A stretch of 61,884 nt of DNA, filler included, from Planctomycetota bacterium (GTDB lineage Bacteria > Planctomycetota > Planctomycetia > JALXBF01), in assembly GCA_026991575.1 (NCBI GenBank). It is 5 parts of 5 records of this genome, joined end to end, with 100 filler letters (N's around TTAATTAATTAA, not from the genome) between each part and the next. Parts side by side here need not be neighbours in the genome. Positions count along the whole stretch, not along the records: positions 57,093 to 61,884 come from JALXBF010000121.1; 4 more parts are not named here. One strand, 5' to 3'. Numbering within the stretch: the first letter of the stretch is position 1; every line of letters begins with the position of its first letter. Shown in pieces: positions 57,460 to 61,884 of this stretch. The translations under genes were made by a program, and so were the position numbers. The notes beneath the pieces are model-generated. The model did not search any database, had not been told where the DNA came from, and saw nothing but the letters and a program-made list of their open reading frames with translations.

Positions 57460-59919
57460 TTAAAACGGCCGGCCCAAGCGGAACACGTGGAGCCAAGAGC
57501 TTGCTCTTGCAACTATCGTCGGCGTTGTTCCACCGACGGCTAAACCATACACAGGGAAGTCCACTAAGGCGCGGAGCACCCGGACGCGCCGGCGCACGTC
57601 CCATAGTTGGATCGAGTAGTCCTCGCCGCCCGATACCACATAATCTGTCCCAGGCACGGAGGCAAGACCGGTCACCATCGCCCGGTGTCTACCAAGCACG
57701 AATGCCCGGCTGCCTGCTTGCACTGGCCACACGCGCACAAAACCGTCAAGATCACCCGTCACGACGTGTTTGCCGTCATCCGCCCAACAGATTGCCGTAA
57801 CGGCTGCCGGCTGCTTGCCCAGTACTTGCCACGTCTCTCTCTCATGCGGGTCCCAAACCATCACTTCACCGCTGCTAGCCCCGGCAGCAATGAGCCCACG
57901 CGCCACAGACAATCGGTTGCTTCCTGTGTTGGCGGGCTGGGTGGAGACCATGCGAATGCAGCGACGTTCTCGCACTGCCCACAACCGGACCGTCCCGTTT
58001 CCGGAGGCCACAGCTAGTGTGCTTTCGTCCAGAAATGCCAGGTCTGCCACGCCGCCACGGTGACCATACAGGATGCTCACTTGCTTCGCATCGTCGATCC
58101 CGCGGACCACGACTGCCCCGGCAGGGCTGCCGACCGCAACCACGGTGCCACCGGGCGACAGGGCTAATGCCGTTGGGGAGAACGAAGTGTCGATTTCCCG
58201 CATTGGCGATTGGGCAAGCGGCGACTGCCACACCTTTAGTTTTCGATCGCGGCCAATCGTTACCAAGCGATCCGAGCGCTTGGCCAGATCGACGGCCTTA
58301 ATCGTGGACCTGTGCCGGGGCGCTACCCCGGGATACCGCATGGGCCCGCTCTGTGCATCCCAACCCCAGACTCGAATCTCCTCCCCACTCCAACTTACCA
58401 GTTTCTCGTTAGTACCGCTCGCCCATGCCAAGAGTCCTCCAAGCAATCCCACCACGTGGGCGTGGCGCAGTTTCACCACAGGTGCATGCCTGCGAGCGTC
58501 CCACAGCCACAGACTTCCGTTCCAGTGACCTGACACGAAGCGGCTGTTGTCAAGGAAGGATATCTCCAGCGCGGGAGAGGGAAGACGCCGACTCCACAAC
58601 TCTCGCCAGGTTGGCAGAGTCCAAACGGTCAGGCGGCCATCAGCGGTTGCGGCAGCTGCAGCCGTATTGTCGGGGCTCACTGCCACGGCCCACAGACGAG
58701 CGCCTAGCCGTGCGAGTCGCTTCGGGGTACGCGACTCGGTTCCCACAAACCATAGAAAGCCATCCATTGTGCCGACGATGAAGCCCTTTCGGGCTGGCCA
58801 GGCCGACGCAACAACAACAGGGTCAGGGGAAGAGTCGGGGGACTCAAAGCGGTGCGAGCTGACGAGAGCCTTGGAGTTCAAATCCCGTACCTCCAGGTAC
58901 GTGCCGTGAGTCAGGAGGGCAAACGCTTGATTCACTGTCGAGATAAACGCCACGACGTCGGGTACTCCGGCCCAGCTCTTCGGTTGCCGTGGGCCCATCA
59001 GCTCAGTTTGCACCAAACGGCCATCAGCTGTCACTCGAAGACGAACGACCGCTCCGGTAGACGTCCCGACCAGGAACGTTCCCGCGTGCGTGGCAGCAAT
59101 CGCAGTCGCACCGCCGTATCCGCTTCTCAACCGCGTCTCGGCCAGCTGACGCGGTACTGTCCGGCCCATCTGCCAGAATTCGAGCCCGCCACCTGCGTAA
59201 CCAATTGCGAGGATATTAGCCTCACGGGAGATCGCTGCGCATTTGGCCTGATCGTTCACCAGCAAGATGTGCTGAAGCGGCCCGCCGGCTTGTGCAAGAG
59301 ACGGCGTTAACGGGACTAATCCAAGTCCTTCTCGTCTTAATCGCGCTAGGAAGGGTTCCAGCCCCAGCCGTTCCTCCACCGCCAGGAGGCGTGCATACAA
59401 CTGAAAACGCCACTCCTCCGGATCGCCGCCTAGCGTGCCGGGCCATATGTTGAGCGCTTGCCTCATGAGGCGGAGCGTCGGCGAATGGCCGTCTAGCAAA
59501 CGCTGCAGAGCCGGCGCACGGGCCCCGGCTCGGTGAGCGCGCAGCAGTGCCAGCCAGGCAGCCTCCATTTCCTGGGCTGCAGCTGAAGAGATGCGCGGAC
59601 CGGTGTTTTCCGCCTTTGTACTCTCTGGCCGTGTCGGCTGCTCAGCCTTCCGTGCCGTGCAGGATGCGCATACGAGCACCATGCTGCAGAGAACAGCGCA
59701 CTTCACTGTCTCTCGCAACCGCCCCTGCCACACGCCTGCACCGTCCCCACCTTTGCCCCGAGCTGGACCCACTCTAGGCCCGTCAACGACCGTCCGCGGG
59801 TCCACTTCACGCGCCTGCCCCGTGCGGATCGCCTGGCAACGGTACCTATAGCTCCCCTGACAGATGAAGCAGTGGCCTGTGGCAAAGCCGGTCTGCGGGT
59901 CTGCGTATTCAACGCTCAT
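57460..59919 (-). CDS. WD40-repeat beta-propeller protein (start uncertain; possible lipoprotein)
   Basis: Repeats such as GHRGGVADLAF...SGNGTVRLW and HRAMVTGLASV...SGGEDYSIQLWD; hydrophobic AVLCSMVLVCASC near the N-terminus. Confidence 0.85.
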   Translation of the reverse strand: MSVEYADPQTGFATGHCFICQGSYRYRCQAIRTGQAREVDPRTVVDGPRVGPARGKGGDGAGVWQGRLRETVKCAVLCSMVLVCASCTARKAEQPTRPESTKAENTGPRISSAAAQEMEAAWLALLRAHRAGARAPALQRLLDGHSPTLRLMRQALNIWPGTLGGDPEEWRFQLYARLLAVEERLGLEPFLARLRREGLGLVPLTPSLAQAGGPLQHILLVNDQAKCAAISREANILAIGYAGGGLEFWQMGRTVPRQLAETRLRSGYGGATAIAATHAGTFLVGTSTGAVVRLRVTADGRLVQTELMGPRQPKSWAGVPDVVAFISTVNQAFALLTHGTYLEVRDLNSKALVSSHRFESPDSSPDPVVVASAWPARKGFIVGTMDGFLWFVGTESRTPKRLARLGARLWAVAVSPDNTAAAAATADGRLTVWTLPTWRELWSRRLPSPALEISFLDNSRFVSGHWNGSLWLWDARRHAPVVKLRHAHVVGLLGGLLAWASGTNEKLVSWSGEEIRVWGWDAQSGPMRYPGVAPRHRSTIKAVDLAKRSDRLVTIGRDRKLKVWQSPLAQSPMREIDTSFSPTALALSPGGTVVAVGSPAGAVVVRGIDDAKQVSILYGHRGGVADLAFLDESTLAVASGNGTVRLWAVRERRCIRMVSTQPANTGSNRLSVARGLIAAGASSGEVMVWDPHERETWQVLGKQPAAVTAICWADDGKHVVTGDLDGFVRVWPVQAGSRAFVLGRHRAMVTGLASVPGTDYVVSGGEDYSIQLWDVRRRVRVLRALVDFPVYGLAVGGTTPTIVARASSWLHVFRLGRPF

Positions 59920-61884
59920 GGCGGATCTCGCGCGCCTTCTCCACGACCTTACACATTAGGTGGTCTGCGTAGGCATACGGATGGGGTTTACATGTGTCCC
60001 CCTTGTGCATGGCGCAGGCCGTCGGCAGGCAAAGCAGGGGCTGCCCTCCGATCGTTATCGCGGCTTGGTCCTCCACTGGGGTTTCGACAGTCCATGGAGC
60101 GACGCCGGCTTCGTTTGCAACGTGAAGTGCCTCGTTGCACAGTAACCCCGCGAACTCTGCGGGCCCCCACCATTGGATCTTGACATCACTCGGTGGTACA
60201 TCCTTGCGAGGAGGGATTACGGTTACTCCCACGACGTCCCCCCGCTTATCCTTTTCCACTTCCCAAGCGCTGAAGCAGTAGCTCAAGTAGAGAGACGTCT
60301 CCGGGCTGGGCCCCGCGCTGGCCTGAGCCCCAGGAACATGAGGGTGCCGGCGGCCGTAGTAGGCGTATATCTTCATCTTGGGGAGCGTACGCCGGACATG
60401 GTCGAAAATCTCCTTCTCGTGCTCGCTTATCCGGCCTTTCATTTCCGCCTCGAGCGCATCGAGGGCGCGCATTGCCAGTTGACGTGCCTCGGCGATGATG
60501 TCAAGCACGGTCTTGCCCTCTACCCACGTCTTCTGCCACACGTCGGACTCCGGATTGCCTACCCAAGGTGGATGTCCCTGCAGCCCTAGCAGGTCGACGA
60601 ACGTGGCCGGGTCGTTACGGGCGTAGCAATAGCCGTTGGGATCGTCGCGCGCGGGATCGGGGTTGAGGAAACGACCGATAGTGCGTGCATAAGGGCGTGC
60701 CCGCAAATAGCTTGTGTCGGGAGACGCGGCGCGCCCTATGAAGGTGAAGCGCGAGCTAGCGGGCCAGCCCGAGACGGGAGGACCGTAGGTCTCATAGGCA
60801 AGGCTCTCCAGGATCGCGCCTGAGGAATCGCTCCACGCGCGTACGCTGCCCAGGTAGTCGGTGAGGGCGAAGGTGATGTCGCCGAGGGCGTCTTCGCGGG
60901 CAAGGAGGGAGTCGATGGCAGCGGCGTAGAGGCGGCGCTCGGTGAGCTGCGGGGTGATGCCATCGGAAGTGTCCGCGTCCGTGAAGTCGGCAATCGGGTT
61001 CGCCGCAAAGATCGCGCTCGCGTAGATGCCATCGACGTACGGGGCGAGCCCGCCCTGGGCGATCTGCTCGGCCGTCGGCGGCTGGGCCAGGTCATGGAGC
61101 ACAAACGTGAACCGCTCCGGCTCAGGGCCGGTCGGGCCGTCTGGGGCCTCGTAGAACGCAATCCGGCGGTTGAACGCATCGTAGACGTACGTCTCACTCC
61201 ACAGCACATTGCCCTGGCCATCCTTGTGCACCACCGCCGTCAGCCGGTTGCGGTAGTCCCAGCTGTGCTCCGTCACCTCGCCGGTCACCGTGTTCGTCTT
61301 GCGAATCAGGTTCCCTTCGTTGTCGTACTCGTAATCATTGGTTCCATCCGAAAGCAACCGGTTGTCCGCACCGGTCACGTAGCCGCTGCCGTGCAGGTGC
61401 GACTCCGTTCGATTGCCATTGGGCGTGTAGCGGTAGTACTCGATCAGGTTCCCTTGGCCATCCCACACGTCCGTCAGCTGACCCTGCGGGTCGTACGCAT
61501 ACGTGCGCGTTCCCTCCGGGCCGCTGTACGCCACAATCTGACCGGCCGCATCCCAGGTGTAGGCGAAATCCGCCAGCGGCGTCGCATTGCCCTGCGAATC
61601 CACGTAGTCGTGGTCAATGAGCGTCAGCCGCGAGGCGGCATCGTAGCTGTAGTTGGTGACGATCTGTGGATCCTGCTGGCCGGTGCCACCGGAGCCGGGC
61701 TCGAACCGGACCATCCGCACCAGCCGGCTGGCCGCATCGTAGGCGAACTGCGCGGTGGCCTTCGGCGTGCCGCTGACGACCAACTCCGCCTGCGTCATCC
61801 GCGACAGCTTGTCATACTGGTACCGCCACTCGGTGCCGTAGTTGTCGGTGAGGCGGATGCGGTTGCCGGCATCGTCGTAGGTGT
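59909..61884 (-). CDS. Rhs/YD-repeat protein, 5'-truncated, with 223-aa C-terminal tip
   Basis: YD repeats open to the window end; TDYLGSV, YETYG, YLRARPY...GRFLNPDP...Y.Y..NDPATFVDLLGL core end. Confidence 0.93.
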   Translation of the reverse strand, partial: TYDDAGNRIRLTDNYGTEWRYQYDKLSRMTQAELVVSGTPKATAQFAYDAASRLVRMVRFEPGSGGTGQQDPQIVTNYSYDAASRLTLIDHDYVDSQGNATPLADFAYTWDAAGQIVAYSGPEGTRTYAYDPQGQLTDVWDGQGNLIEYYRYTPNGNRTESHLHGSGYVTGADNRLLSDGTNDYEYDNEGNLIRKTNTVTGEVTEHSWDYRNRLTAVVHKDGQGNVLWSETYVYDAFNRRIAFYEAPDGPTGPEPERFTFVLHDLAQPPTAEQIAQGGLAPYVDGIYASAIFAANPIADFTDADTSDGITPQLTERRLYAAAIDSLLAREDALGDITFALTDYLGSVRAWSDSSGAILESLAYETYGPPVSGWPASSRFTFIGRAASPDTSYLRARPYARTIGRFLNPDPARDDPNGYCYARNDPATFVDLLGLQGHPPWVGNPESDVWQKTWVEGKTVLDIIAEARQLAMRALDALEAEMKGRISEHEKEIFDHVRRTLPKMKIYAYYGRRHPHVPGAQASAGPSPETSLYLSYCFSAWEVEKDKRGDVVGVTVIPPRKDVPPSDVKIQWWGPAEFAGLLCNEALHVANEAGVAPWTVETPVEDQAAITIGGQPLLCLPTACAMHKGDTCKPHPYAYADHLMCKVVEKAREIRHER

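Overview
High-GC Planctomycetota-type genomic DNA, judged from the LEPRxLL-type export motif, PSCyt/DUF1549-DUF1553 protein, DUF1570-like protein and sulfatase. The window is five contigs joined by 100-nt N/TTAATTAATTAA linkers (17519-17618, 34872-34971, 40105-40204, 56993-57092), so gene order across those linkers means nothing. Most genes are housekeeping or typical of planctomycetes (mnmG, polA-coaE, eno, glyA, thrC, proS, ilvE, lolC/E-lolD, lysS, a Ser/Thr kinase, response regulators, a sulfatase and a sialidase). Two systems stand out. (1) A near-identical ~74-nt non-coding element occurs on two different contigs (5382-5455 +, 42308-42380 -). Each copy starts 11-12 nt after a consensus sigma-54 promoter, has tandem enhancer-like boxes 21 bp apart upstream, and ends in an intrinsic terminator with an anti-SD-like loop. 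This is a candidate multicopy sigma-54-dependent sRNA family. (2) A 2493-aa secreted beta-helical, polymorphic-toxin-like protein ends with only the first ~11 residues of a Hint (intein-like) domain plus a membrane anchor, while the rest of the Hint domain sits in a separate membrane-anchored ORF. This is a candidate naturally split, membrane-tethered autoprocessing module. Also notable: a MotA/TolQ-like gene with two dissimilar partners, an Rhs toxin with an NExxH tip followed by a WD40 protein, and IS630 and IS4-like fragments. All calls come from reading the sequence; no database searches were run.
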